A stretch of DNA of 64,000 nucleotides from Bacteroidota bacterium. GTDB taxonomy: Bacteria; Bacteroidota; Bacteroidia; B-17B0; Aurantibacillaceae. The stretch spans positions 68,313 through 132,312 of the forward strand of contig JAUXZS010000016.1 of assembly GCA_030692515.1 (NCBI GenBank). The letters are read 5' to 3'. This document shows positions 19,201 to 28,123 of this stretch, piece after piece (the first letter of the stretch is position 1; each line of letters begins with the position of its first letter). The notes beneath the pieces are model-generated. The model was not told the origin of the DNA. It searched no databases and saw nothing but the letters and a program-made list of their open reading frames with translations. The position numbers and the translations under genes were made by a program.

Positions 19201-19773
19201 TTAAATTACAAGAAAATCTTTTACAACTTCCTCTGCCTTTGAACAAGCCTCTTCTAAATTTTCGTTTAAAATAAATACATCAAATAAATCTGCTGTTTTT
19301 AATTCTTTTTCAGCCTTTGCAATTCTTCTCGCAATACTTTCTGTACTATCGGTACTTCTTGAGTGAAGACGCTCTTCTAAAATTTTAATACTCGGGGGCA
19401 TTACAAAAACAGCTAAGGCATCGCGCTTAAATTGATTTTTTAAATTTAAGCCTCCCTCAACATCAATGTCAAAAATAACAGCTTTCCCTTTCGCCCAAAT
19501 TCTTTCTACCTCAACTCTTAAAGTCCCATAATGCGTTCCTGCATAAACCTCTTCCCATTCTAAAAATTCTTGGTTGGCGACCCTTTGTTTAAACTCTTCG
19601 GGTGTTAAATAATAATAATCTTTTCCGTTTTCCTCTACTCCGCGTTTTGGGCGACTTGTAGCCGAAATGGAAAATTCAATTTGGTTAGGAAATGTTTTTA
19701 ATATATGCCTCACTAAAGTAGTTTTACCTGAACCTGAGGGGGCAGAAAATATGATGAGTTTGCCATTAAGCAT
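19201..19773 (-). CDS. gmk: guanylate kinase
   Basis: GKLIIFSAPSGSGKTT P-loop, SATSRPKR.E..G.DYYF-like block and LEWEEVYAGTHYGT. I place the start at the Met preceding the P-loop rather than at 19854. Confidence 0.85.
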   Translation of the reverse strand: MLNGKLIIFSAPSGSGKTTLVRHILKTFPNQIEFSISATSRPKRGVEENGKDYYYLTPEEFKQRVANQEFLEWEEVYAGTHYGTLRVEVERIWAKGKAVIFDIDVEGGLNLKNQFKRDALAVFVMPPSIKILEERLHSRSTDSTESIARRIAKAEKELKTADLFDVFILNENLEEACSKAEEVVKDFLVI

Positions 19774-19890
19774 TTGCAAATATAAAACAAATCGGTCGAT
19801 TTCATAAATAGTTAATATACTATAAAAGCCCCTGTTATCCATTTTAGCTACCATTAGTATAATAAAGTAGAAAATAAGGCTAAATTCAAT

Positions 19891-19898
19891 TACTTTTG
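19891..19898 (+). promoter_or_regulatory. -7 box TACTTTTG upstream of the TonB-dependent receptor gene
   Basis: Matches TAnnTTTG, 13 nt before the ATG at 19912. Confidence 0.4.
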
Positions 19899-19911
19899 CA
19901 GCGTAAATCTC

Positions 19912-22428
19912 ATGAAAAAACTAATTCTCTTTTTTGCCTTAATTCTAAGCTATTCTCTTTTTTCACAAGCGCCTAGCGGTGGAAATAAAGACATGGCAAA
20001 AGCTTTTAAAGATATTAAAGGCAGGGTTTACGGGAAATTGATTGATGCCAATACCAATAAACCCGTAGAGTTTGCTTCGGTGGTGGTATTGTGGTACAAT
20101 AAAGATAGTTTGTTGGGGGGTTCATTAACTAAAGAGAATGGCGAATTTAGTATCGACAACCTACCTGCAATGGGAGGTTTTAGATTTAGAGCTACCCAAA
20201 TTGGTTACAAAAATTACGAAACAAAAATTTACATTCAAATGCCTAATAAATTAGAACAAGATTTGGGCGATATTAAATTTGAGGTTGATCAAAAACTTTT
20301 AAAAGAAGTAGAAGTTACCGCCGAAAAAAATGCGGTAGTAATGTCTATTGATAAACGCACTTATAACGTAGATAAAGATATATCCATAAGAGGCGGCACA
20401 GCGGCAGACGTTATGAAAAATGTTCCAGGTGTTACTATGGATGCTGAGGGAAATGCGCAGCTAAGAAATCAAAGTCCAATACTTTTTGTTGACGGACGAC
20501 CTTCAAATTTAACTTTGGTTCAAATTCCAGCCGACCAAATAGACCGTATTGAAGTTATAACAAATCCTTCGGTAAAATTTGACGCTAATGCTACTGGGGG
20601 AATATTAAACATTATTATGAAGAAAAATTTAAAGCCTGGTTATAATGGTATGATTATGGCAAATGCAGGTACTGGCGATAGATATGGCGGAATGGTAAAT
20701 TTAAATGTAAAAGAAGGGAAGTGGAACATCTCTACAATGTATTCTTACAACCAAGCAATTAATAAAACCTTAGGGTATACCAATCGCACACAATTGGATA
20801 GTTTAGGAAATCCATCCGGATACTTTAATCAAAACAACCAAACAAATTTTGCTAACGCTTTTAATTTTGGTAGACTAGGTATTGATTATAGCATTAACAA
20901 CCGTAATACAATTTCCCTAAATGGAATGATTGTAGCAGGAAGATTTAAAACACATGATGAACAAACGTATGACATCTTAGATAAGGATGCTGTTAAACGA
21001 TTTTATGGAGGGCGTTTAAATGATCAACACGCAGCCTTTCAAAATTACAATGCTCAATTACTTTACAAAAAAACATACCCTACTGCTGGTAAAGAATTAA
21101 CTATGGACGGAAGCTACAACCATACCGACTCTCGCAACGGATATTTGTTTACAACTACTTCTCATTTAAATCCAGATACTCTGGTTATACCAACAACCTA
21201 CCAAGAGAATGTAGGTGGCACAACCGCCAATCAATATGTTTTTCAACTGGATTATGTAAATCCGATTAGTGAAACTAAAAAATTTGAAGCTGGTCTAAAA
21301 TCTTTTTATAAAAATTCACTCTCAAGTAACAACACTGCAAATGCTACAGGAAGCCAAGATGTTTTTACTCGCGATAGCATTATGAGTAATAATTATATTA
21401 TAGATGACATGATTCATGCTGCTTATGTAAATTATAATTCAAAAATGTTTTGGGGCATTTCGTATCAAGCAGGATTGCGTTTTGAGGCATCCTATTACAA
21501 AGGAAATATTACCGATAAAAAACAAACTTTTTCTTACCAATATCCTTCCTCGTCTGAAGATATTTTAAAATCATTATTTCCGGGTATTTACTTTTCAAAA
21601 AAATTAAAAAGCGCGCAAGAATTACAAGTAAATTTTAGTCGCAAATTAAGTCGTCCTAATTTTTTCCAATTAATGCCCTTTATTATGTTTTCTGACAAAC
21701 AAAATATTCGTATTGGTAACCCACAGTTAAAACCAGAATTTAAAAACATTGCAGAAATAAATTATAACAAAACCTATAGTAAGGGAAGTTACTTAGGCTC
21801 TGGGTACTTCCGTTATGAAGAACAACCTATAATAGATGTAGCCTACCCTTCAGAATTTGACCCAACAGTTTTAGTCAACACAACTGTTAATGGAAAAAAC
21901 AGCGTGCGTTACGGTATGGAGCATACAATAAAATATACTTTTTTCAAGAATTTAGATGTTACTTTAAATGCTAATGCATTTTATATTTACATAAACGGAA
22001 CAGTAATACAAACTGAACCAGATGTTAAAGCGGAAGGTTACGCGTATAACACAAAAGCTACCTTCTCATATAAATTTCCTAAACAATTAACACTTCAAGT
22101 AAATGGAAATTATGAATCGCCAAGAATTTTATTATTAGGATATAGCACCCCGGTTTATTCAATGGATGTGTCGCTAAATAAAATGATTGGTGCTAAATGG
22201 ATAATTAATGCAACATTAAGCGATGCCTTTAATACTCGTAGAATGGGAGCTCATTACGAAACTCCTTATTATACTCAAGATTTATCTAGAAGAAGAGAAA
22301 GTCGTTTTGTGAAATTATCTATTACACATTTGTTTGGTAAAATGGATGCATCCATCTTTAAACGCGGCAAACAATTAAAAGGAATGGAACAAGGAGGAAA
22401 CCAGGACGGTTTAGATTTTGGTAAATAA
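19912..22428 (+). CDS. TonB-dependent outer-membrane receptor with N-terminal carboxypeptidase-regulatory-like domain
   Basis: Signal peptide and a CarbopepD_reg-like segment (GRVYGKLIDANTNKPVEFASVVV). Plug-like VMKNVPGVTMD...ILFVDGRP, then a long beta-barrel region. Confidence 0.75.
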   Translation: MKKLILFFALILSYSLFSQAPSGGNKDMAKAFKDIKGRVYGKLIDANTNKPVEFASVVVLWYNKDSLLGGSLTKENGEFSIDNLPAMGGFRFRATQIGYKNYETKIYIQMPNKLEQDLGDIKFEVDQKLLKEVEVTAEKNAVVMSIDKRTYNVDKDISIRGGTAADVMKNVPGVTMDAEGNAQLRNQSPILFVDGRPSNLTLVQIPADQIDRIEVITNPSVKFDANATGGILNIIMKKNLKPGYNGMIMANAGTGDRYGGMVNLNVKEGKWNISTMYSYNQAINKTLGYTNRTQLDSLGNPSGYFNQNNQTNFANAFNFGRLGIDYSINNRNTISLNGMIVAGRFKTHDEQTYDILDKDAVKRFYGGRLNDQHAAFQNYNAQLLYKKTYPTAGKELTMDGSYNHTDSRNGYLFTTTSHLNPDTLVIPTTYQENVGGTTANQYVFQLDYVNPISETKKFEAGLKSFYKNSLSSNNTANATGSQDVFTRDSIMSNNYIIDDMIHAAYVNYNSKMFWGISYQAGLRFEASYYKGNITDKKQTFSYQYPSSSEDILKSLFPGIYFSKKLKSAQELQVNFSRKLSRPNFFQLMPFIMFSDKQNIRIGNPQLKPEFKNIAEINYNKTYSKGSYLGSGYFRYEEQPIIDVAYPSEFDPTVLVNTTVNGKNSVRYGMEHTIKYTFFKNLDVTLNANAFYIYINGTVIQTEPDVKAEGYAYNTKATFSYKFPKQLTLQVNGNYESPRILLLGYSTPVYSMDVSLNKMIGAKWIINATLSDAFNTRRMGAHYETPYYTQDLSRRRESRFVKLSITHLFGKMDASIFKRGKQLKGMEQGGNQDGLDFGK

Positions 22429-22429
22429 A

Positions 22430-22783
22430 ATGATACACGCTATAAATATTGAAGGCATAAAATTATACGGCTACCATGGTTGCCTAGAAGAAGAATCTAA
22501 AATTGGTGGAAATTATATTGTTGATGTATACATGACCACCGATTTTTCGGAAGCTGCAAAAACCGACGACCTTTCAAAAACTCTAGATTATTGCACGGTT
22601 TATGAAATAAGTAAAGCTGAAATGGCTATTAGAAGCAATTTAATAGAACAGGTTTGCGAACGTATTTACACAAAAATAAAAGCCGAGTTTTCTACTCTAA
22701 AAACGCTACATGTAAAAATCACTAAGCTGCTACCTCCCATGAATGGCAATGTTGATAGTGTAAGCGTGGAAATAAAAGATTAA
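22430..22783 (+). CDS. folB: dihydroneopterin aldolase
   Basis: The GIKLYGYHGCLEEESKIGGNYIVDV block is typical of FolB. Start taken at the Met of MIHAINIEG. Confidence 0.85.
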   Translation: MIHAINIEGIKLYGYHGCLEEESKIGGNYIVDVYMTTDFSEAAKTDDLSKTLDYCTVYEISKAEMAIRSNLIEQVCERIYTKIKAEFSTLKTLHVKITKLLPPMNGNVDSVSVEIKD

Positions 22784-22841
22784 GTGCCTTTAATACCATT
22801 TGTAAAAGGTAAGGTTTTTAAATTAATCGTATCTTTATACA

Positions 22842-23126
22842 ATGAGACCAAACCCATATACCCAACAAGAAATTGAGACCGAATTGTTAACCTTGAAGGA
22901 TTGGTCCATAAAAGACAAAACGCTCACAAAAGAAATTACTTTTAAAAACTTTATTGAAGCTTTTGGTTTTATGGCAAAGGTTGCACTTGAGGCTGAAAAA
23001 TTAGATCACCACCCAGATTGGTCGAACGTTTACAATAAAGTAACCATCCATTTAAGCACTCATGATGTGGGCGGCCTTACAGAATTAGATTTTAAATTAG
23101 CAAAAAAAATAGATAAATTAATTTAG
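22842..23126 (+). CDS. 4a-hydroxytetrahydrobiopterin (pterin-4a-carbinolamine) dehydratase
   Basis: 94 aa with the AF.FM..VA..AE...HHPDW.NVYN.V.I.L.THD signature. Confidence 0.85.
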   Translation: MRPNPYTQQEIETELLTLKDWSIKDKTLTKEITFKNFIEAFGFMAKVALEAEKLDHHPDWSNVYNKVTIHLSTHDVGGLTELDFKLAKKIDKLI

Positions 23127-23127
23127 C

Positions 23128-24174
23128 ATGGATTTTGACAACACCTCTGATACAGAACTATCCGAATTAGGAGAGTTTGGTTTAATTAAACATTTAACGC
23201 AACATATTGAAATAAACCACGACTCAACAATTAAAGGAGTTGGTGATGACGCCGCTGTAATTGATAACGACAATTTACAAACCGTTATTTCTACAGATAT
23301 GTTAGTGGAAGGTGTGCATTTTGATTTAACCTATGTGCCTTTAAAACATTTAGGTTACAAAAGTGTTGTTGTTAACTTAAGCGACATTTATGCTATGAAT
23401 GCCTTACCGAAACAAATTGTGGTGTCTATAGCTATCTCCAATCGTTTTAAATTAGGTGCTTTAGAAGAATTATATGCCGGCATGTTACTGGCTTGCAAAA
23501 AATATAATGTTGATTTGGTAGGTGGCGATACCACTTCGAGTTTAACCGGACTAGTAATTAATATTACTGCAATAGGCGCTGCAAAAAAAGAAGATATTGC
23601 ATACCGTAATGGTGCGCAAGAAGGTAATTTATTATGCGTGAGTGGCGATTTGGGTGGGGCATATATGGGTTTACAAATTTTAGAAAGAGAAAAAACTGTT
23701 TTTAAAGAAAATCCAAAATTGCAACCAGACTTAGAAGGCAAAGATTATATTTTAGAGCGTCAATTAAAGCCAGAAGCAAGAAAAGATATTTTTGAATTGT
23801 TTGAAAAAATAAAAATAAAACCTACCTCCATGATTGATGTGAGCGATGGCCTATCTTCTGAAATTTTACATTTATGCACGCAATCTAATGTAGGTGTTGA
23901 ATTGTATGAAGAAAAAATTCCTATCGACCCATTAACTTTTAATACGGCTCTTGAATTTAATTTAGACCCAACGCTTTGCGCACTCAGTGGCGGCGAAGAT
24001 TATGAATTACTTTTTACTGTTGACATTGCAGATTACGAAAAAGTAAAAAACATAAAAGAGTTTACAATTATTGGCCATATAACTAACGAAGCCAAAGGCC
24101 GTAATATGGTTGCAAAAGGCGGCACCGTCCACGAATTAAAAGCACAAGGCTGGAATGCTTTATTAAAAAAGTAA
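23128..24174 (+). CDS. thiL: thiamine-monophosphate kinase
   Basis: AIR-synthase-related fold blocks GVGDDAAVI, STDMLVEGVHF, NLSDIYAMNA, GGDTTSS and GGEDYELLFT. Confidence 0.85.
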   Translation: MDFDNTSDTELSELGEFGLIKHLTQHIEINHDSTIKGVGDDAAVIDNDNLQTVISTDMLVEGVHFDLTYVPLKHLGYKSVVVNLSDIYAMNALPKQIVVSIAISNRFKLGALEELYAGMLLACKKYNVDLVGGDTTSSLTGLVINITAIGAAKKEDIAYRNGAQEGNLLCVSGDLGGAYMGLQILEREKTVFKENPKLQPDLEGKDYILERQLKPEARKDIFELFEKIKIKPTSMIDVSDGLSSEILHLCTQSNVGVELYEEKIPIDPLTFNTALEFNLDPTLCALSGGEDYELLFTVDIADYEKVKNIKEFTIIGHITNEAKGRNMVAKGGTVHELKAQGWNALLKK

Positions 24175-24388
24175 AAATTTTCTTATTTAGTAGAGCCTCA
24201 AAAAGTCGAATTTCTATTTTTAGCCTTACTTTTCTTCCTTGATGAGGGCAATGCATTTTGCATTGAGCCGGCTTGGGCATAGTGTAACGAAAGAAGTCAA
24301 CTGTCAAAAAGTCAATTTAGAAAATAAATTTTATTGGCGCACAGTTTTTCAACGTAATGTTATTTTGATTTTTTGCAGAGATAGTTGC

Positions 24389-24537
24389 TGTCTAAACTCT
24401 GCGGTTAGTTGATTCAGCATACAGACAATAGTTTAGACAACCAACGGTTTTATTTTGGCTGCCTCTAAATCGCCAAAATAAAAATCTCCTACAAAAGATC
24501 AAAAGCGTTTTGGTTACTTTTGCGCGCCAAAAGTGAC
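24389..24537. repeat. three consecutive stem-loops in a non-coding island
   Basis: TGTCTAAACT/AGTTTAGACA (24389-24439), TTATTTTGGC/GCCAAAATAA (24450-24481) and GTTACTTTTG/CAAAAGTGAC (24513-24537, 1 mismatch). Confidence 0.55.
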
Positions 24538-24616
24538 AAATAAATTCCGAAAATTTAAGGTATTATGAATGTTTTTTGCGAGCTTACAATATGTTGGCGG
24601 CTGTGCATTTTTATTT

Positions 24617-25168
24617 TTAGTTGGTAATAAATGAAATTTGTCCGCATGGTATTAGGTTATTGTCATAGCTAAGCCCAAGCGTTACAGTTGATGAACTCAT
24701 AGTCGAAGCCTTTAGACCAATTCCATTTGGCTGTTCATATTTGGTGTCAGTTAGTATTCCAAATGTCATAACGCACTTTCCTTTGGGACTTAGTATTGTA
24801 TCGAAGGCAATTGGAGTTTCATCAACTTTAGCTAAAAACTTTCTTAGCTCTTTTGATATACTTGGGTCGACTTGTCCTTTTTCTGAAGTCAAGCTTCTCG
24901 GCAACAGAAAAACCAGTGATTTGAGATTGACCCTTAAAGTAGTGTCTTCTTTTAAAAAATTAATTTCGAGACGCATTGGGATAACTGAATAATTAATAAT
25001 TGTTGTTGTAATGTACCTGTAATGAAATAAAGGCCCGATAGAGTCTGCGTATTGAGATCCTTTCCGAGGACCATTTTCAATATAAAAGCCGGAATGTTCT
25101 CTCGAATTGTGTGAACAACTAAAAAAGCTAAATAAAAATAAGAGTCCGATTGAAAGTTTAATTGTCAT
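24617..25168 (-). CDS. hypothetical lipoprotein
   Basis: Lipobox-like signal LFLFSFFSC. No recognisable domain. Confidence 0.4.
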   Translation of the reverse strand: MTIKLSIGLLFLFSFFSCSHNSREHSGFYIENGPRKGSQYADSIGPLFHYRYITTTIINYSVIPMRLEINFLKEDTTLRVNLKSLVFLLPRSLTSEKGQVDPSISKELRKFLAKVDETPIAFDTILSPKGKCVMTFGILTDTKYEQPNGIGLKASTMSSSTVTLGLSYDNNLIPCGQISFITN

Positions 25169-25218
25169 TTTCTGTGCATTGCCGCTAACTAGTTGCTAGG
25201 AAGACTTAAAAAAAACCA

Positions 25219-25725
25219 CTAATTGCTCTTCTCAATTTCAAAACCAAAATCCATAATTAAAGGTAATGGATCTACGCGCATTCCTTGTTCAAACGAAAAT
25301 TGATATTTTCCTGATAAAGGAAAACGAACATTTTTTTTAATCGGCACTTTAATATCAAAAATATCTCCTGCCCCACTTCCTTGCCACTTACCTTTTTCAT
25401 CTGCTAAAACAACTTCCATAGTGTCGGTCATTACTTTTCCGTCGGGATATTTTGTAGTAACAAATAAAAATAAATTACGGTAAGGATAAGCATCTGCGTG
25501 ACGCACCATTAAAGAAATATTATTTAAGGTCAAGGTATCGGTAATCTCAATATCAAAAACAGCTTTGTCTTTTATATACCACTCGTTCTCTTTAAAACTT
25601 TGATACTTACTAAAAACCACATTCTTATTACATGACGACAGAATAAAAATTGCTGCGCACACTAATAAACTATTTTTAACTGTCAGTTTTTGGAGGATCG
25701 GTTTTAGGCGTGTTCCTGTTATCAT
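25219..25725 (-). CDS. gldH: gliding-motility lipoprotein GldH
   Basis: Lipobox ILSSC. The pattern VF..Y.S....W.KD..V.F, RHADAYPYRNLFLFV and DT.E..LAD..G.W.G.G.GD follows my recollection of Flavobacterium GldH. It lies directly downstream of a PSP1 gene, as in Flavobacterium johnsoniae. Confidence 0.7.
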   Translation of the reverse strand: MITGTRLKPILQKLTVKNSLLVCAAIFILSSCNKNVVFSKYQSFKENEWYIKDKAVFDIEITDTLTLNNISLMVRHADAYPYRNLFLFVTTKYPDGKVMTDTMEVVLADEKGKWQGSGAGDIFDIKVPIKKNVRFPLSGKYQFSFEQGMRVDPLPLIMDFGFEIEKSN

Positions 25726-27088
25726 TTTGCGGTTTATTAAATTTTTTATTCGGATTATTATTTTGAGGGCGGTTCGTTTTATTTTTATTTGGATTAGTAT
25801 TTACTTTATCGTTACCGGCACCTTGAACTTTTGGTTTTTGATTGGGGTTTTGATTTGGATTATTTTTTTGGTTTGGATTTGTTTTAGGTTTTTGATTTGG
25901 TTTTTGGTTTGGATTATTCCTTTGATTTGGATTAGTTGATGTATTTCTGTTTGATTTAAAATTTTGTTTTGCTTTCGGTTTTTTATCAAAACGTGTTAAA
26001 CTATCTTGACCAACCACATTTTCAAAATTAGGTTCAACAGCTTTTGCAAGTGCTTCGGTTACGATTGCAGATTTAATATCATCTGGTAAATCTCCTTTTG
26101 CATTTGCTTCTAAAACTTCGTGAACCGTTTTTACTTTTAAGGGAATAAAAACACCTGGGTCATGACGATAACTAAACCACATCATGCGTCCGAAAATATC
26201 AGTTTTTTGCAGAAAAGCTTCTCCTTTTTTAGTCAGTAATTTCTTACCTTCCATATCCGGAAATTCTTTTAAAGCATCTATATAACTATCTAATTCATAA
26301 TTTAAACAACACTTTAATTTACCACATTGCCCTGCTAATTTTAAAGGATTTAAAGATAATTGCTGATATCTTGCCGCACTTGTACTAACAGTTCTAAAAT
26401 CTGTTAACCATGTACTGCAACATAACTCTCTTCCGCAAGCCCCAATTCCGCCTAAACGAGAAGCTTCTTGTCTTGCACCAATCTGGCGCATTTCAACTCT
26501 TACTTTAAATTCATCTGCCAATACTTTTATGAGCTCTCTAAAATCAACACGCGCATCGGCAGTGTAATAAAAAATTGCTTTCGATTTGTCTCCTTGAAAT
26601 TCTACATCACTCAACTTCATTGCCAAACCAAGCTTCAGAGCAATAGTACGTGCACGATACATGGTGTTTGTTTCTAGGGCTTGGGCTTCTTTCCACTTAT
26701 CAATATCACTCTGTTTTGCCTTACGGTAAACTTTTCTAATTTCTTCGCTATCAAAATTAACGTTCTTCTTTTTTAATTGAAGTCTTACCAATTCGCCTGT
26801 TAAAGACACTGTTCCAATATCATGACCAGGCGAAGCTTCTACTGCTATAACCTCCCCAACACTTAAAGACAAATTATTAAGATTTCTAAAAAATTCTTTT
26901 CTCGAATTCTTAAAACGAACTTCAACGATATCAAATTGACTTTGACCATCAGGCAAAGTCATATTAGCTAACCAATCAAAAACAGTTAATTTATTACATC
27001 CATCAGAAGTACCACAAGAACCGTTATTGTTACAGCCTGCAGGAACTCCATTTTTTTCAGTGCCACATCCACCAGTGCTACATCCCAT
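25676..27088 (-). CDS. PSP1 (RicT-like) domain protein with Cys/Gly-rich N-terminus and long Asn/Pro/Gln/Lys low-complexity tail
   Basis: PSP1 core blocks (VVEVRFKNSRKEFF, GDKSKAIFYYTADARVDFRELIKVLA, GACGRELCCSTWL, CGKLKCCLNYE). Start placed at MGCSTGGCG (27088). Confidence 0.8.
   Translation of the reverse strand: MGCSTGGCGTEKNGVPAGCNNNGSCGTSDGCNKLTVFDWLANMTLPDGQSQFDIVEVRFKNSRKEFFRNLNNLSLSVGEVIAVEASPGHDIGTVSLTGELVRLQLKKKNVNFDSEEIRKVYRKAKQSDIDKWKEAQALETNTMYRARTIALKLGLAMKLSDVEFQGDKSKAIFYYTADARVDFRELIKVLADEFKVRVEMRQIGARQEASRLGGIGACGRELCCSTWLTDFRTVSTSAARYQQLSLNPLKLAGQCGKLKCCLNYELDSYIDALKEFPDMEGKKLLTKKGEAFLQKTDIFGRMMWFSYRHDPGVFIPLKVKTVHEVLEANAKGDLPDDIKSAIVTEALAKAVEPNFENVVGQDSLTRFDKKPKAKQNFKSNRNTSTNPNQRNNPNQKPNQKPKTNPNQKNNPNQNPNQKPKVQGAGNDKVNTNPNKNKTNRPQNNNPNKKFNKPQNDNRNTPKTDPPKTDS
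25828..25935. repeat. imperfect short tandem repeat (TTTGATTTGGRTT-like) encoding the (N-P-N-Q-K-P)n tail of the PSP1 protein
   Basis: Repeated TTTGATTTGG and TTGGTTTGGATT strings on the plus strand. The translated tail reads NPNQRNNPNQKPNQKPKTNPNQKNNPNQNPNQKPK. Confidence 0.6.
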
Positions 27089-27229
27089 TTTTTTAAATTT
27101 ATGCTTAAAGATAAGAAGTTTGACCGTTAATTCCAAAATACAATTAGCTAGCTTAACTACCTTTACAATAGGCCATTAATGGCAATAAAAGAAAAAGTAA
27201 AACTTTAAATTATAGCTTTTTGAGTATCT

Positions 27230-28123
27230 TTGATAAACTTGAGGTTTTTTCTGTTATATATTCTTATCCTAACAACTTCTTACCTGAAATGTCAGGATAA
27301 ACTGTTTTTTTTAGACGGCTCTACAAAAAAAGGGAAGGTAACTGAAATTAGTTCAGAGCAAATTTCGGGTAATTTTAACGATGAAATAATTTCGTTTCCA
27401 AGACAAACAGTTTTATTAATAGAATATTCGAATGGCTTGTGCGAAATAATTAACGCCCCACAAAAAAATATTATCGCACTCGAAGACAAAAAAGAAAATT
27501 TCCATTTCAAACAAGCACAAAAAGAAATTTATAATTACAATCAAATTTCGCTGAACAGTTTAGCTTTAACTATTGCCGATATTTCTGCTTTTTATGAACG
27601 AATATTGCCATCAAAAAAAATTGGTTTAGGAATAATGGGCGCTTATAATATTAACCAATACGCAAATGCGGTTAATCTAAATATTTCTGTTTTATCTAAC
27701 GCCAAAAAAAATTATGATTTGGGTGGCTTTATAAATTTTTATCCTAGTCGTTTTGAAAAAAGAACCAGATTACATTTTGGGATGATGATTAAATACACTT
27801 CCTTTAATTTTAGCAGTGTAAAAGATGATAGTGTTATAGTTGGGAATTTAATTTCTGTAACAACGAAATATACACCAGCAAAAGGCAGCCAACTGGCAAC
27901 CATTTTTACAATTGGCTCGCATACAGATATTACAGAAACATTTTTTATAAAAACAATTTTCGGACTTGGCGCGTTTAAATTAAAGGGCGAATATAAAACA
28001 CAATATAACCTCGAAATAAATAAGCAGAATAATCAGAGTAACAACAATAATGCTAATCAACCAGTGAGCTTTAATTTTTTACCAAAATTTTATTTTGGAA
28101 TTAATCTTGGCTTTAAATTATAA
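27230..28123 (+). CDS. hypothetical secreted protein, paralog 1 (N-terminal QDKLFF domain plus putative beta-barrel)
   Basis: Signal peptide. Its N-terminal 60 aa are alignable with the next gene. TTG start, so the start is uncertain. Confidence 0.45.
   Translation: MINLRFFLLYILILTTSYLKCQDKLFFLDGSTKKGKVTEISSEQISGNFNDEIISFPRQTVLLIEYSNGLCEIINAPQKNIIALEDKKENFHFKQAQKEIYNYNQISLNSLALTIADISAFYERILPSKKIGLGIMGAYNINQYANAVNLNISVLSNAKKNYDLGGFINFYPSRFEKRTRLHFGMMIKYTSFNFSSVKDDSVIVGNLISVTTKYTPAKGSQLATIFTIGSHTDITETFFIKTIFGLGAFKLKGEYKTQYNLEINKQNNQSNNNNANQPVSFNFLPKFYFGINLGFKL

Noticed and set aside
23100-23135. A possible TPP riboswitch ahead of thiL.
   Set aside because: thiL starts 1 nt after the preceding gene's stop, so there is no leader in which an aptamer could fit.
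22430-24174. The folB, pterin dehydratase and thiL run as a possible novel cofactor operon.
   Set aside because: The three are individually standard enzymes with small gaps. Such mixed cofactor-gene runs are common, and nothing in the sequence suggests a new function.
24083-24307. A 74-aa minus-strand ORF spanning the thiL 3' end and the non-coding island.
   Set aside because: It overlaps the thiL coding end. Its peptide (…HCPHQGRKVRLKIEIRLFEAL…) is the kind of translation produced by repeat or hairpin DNA, and it has no start context or signal.
25727-25989. ORFs 25727-25939 (+) and 25801-25989 (-) and a possible CRISPR-like periodicity in the same region.
   Set aside because: They are frames of the short tandem repeat that encodes the PSP1 low-complexity tail. 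The repeat unit is about 6-18 nt with no unique spacers, and no cas genes are present, so it is not a CRISPR array and these are not separate genes.
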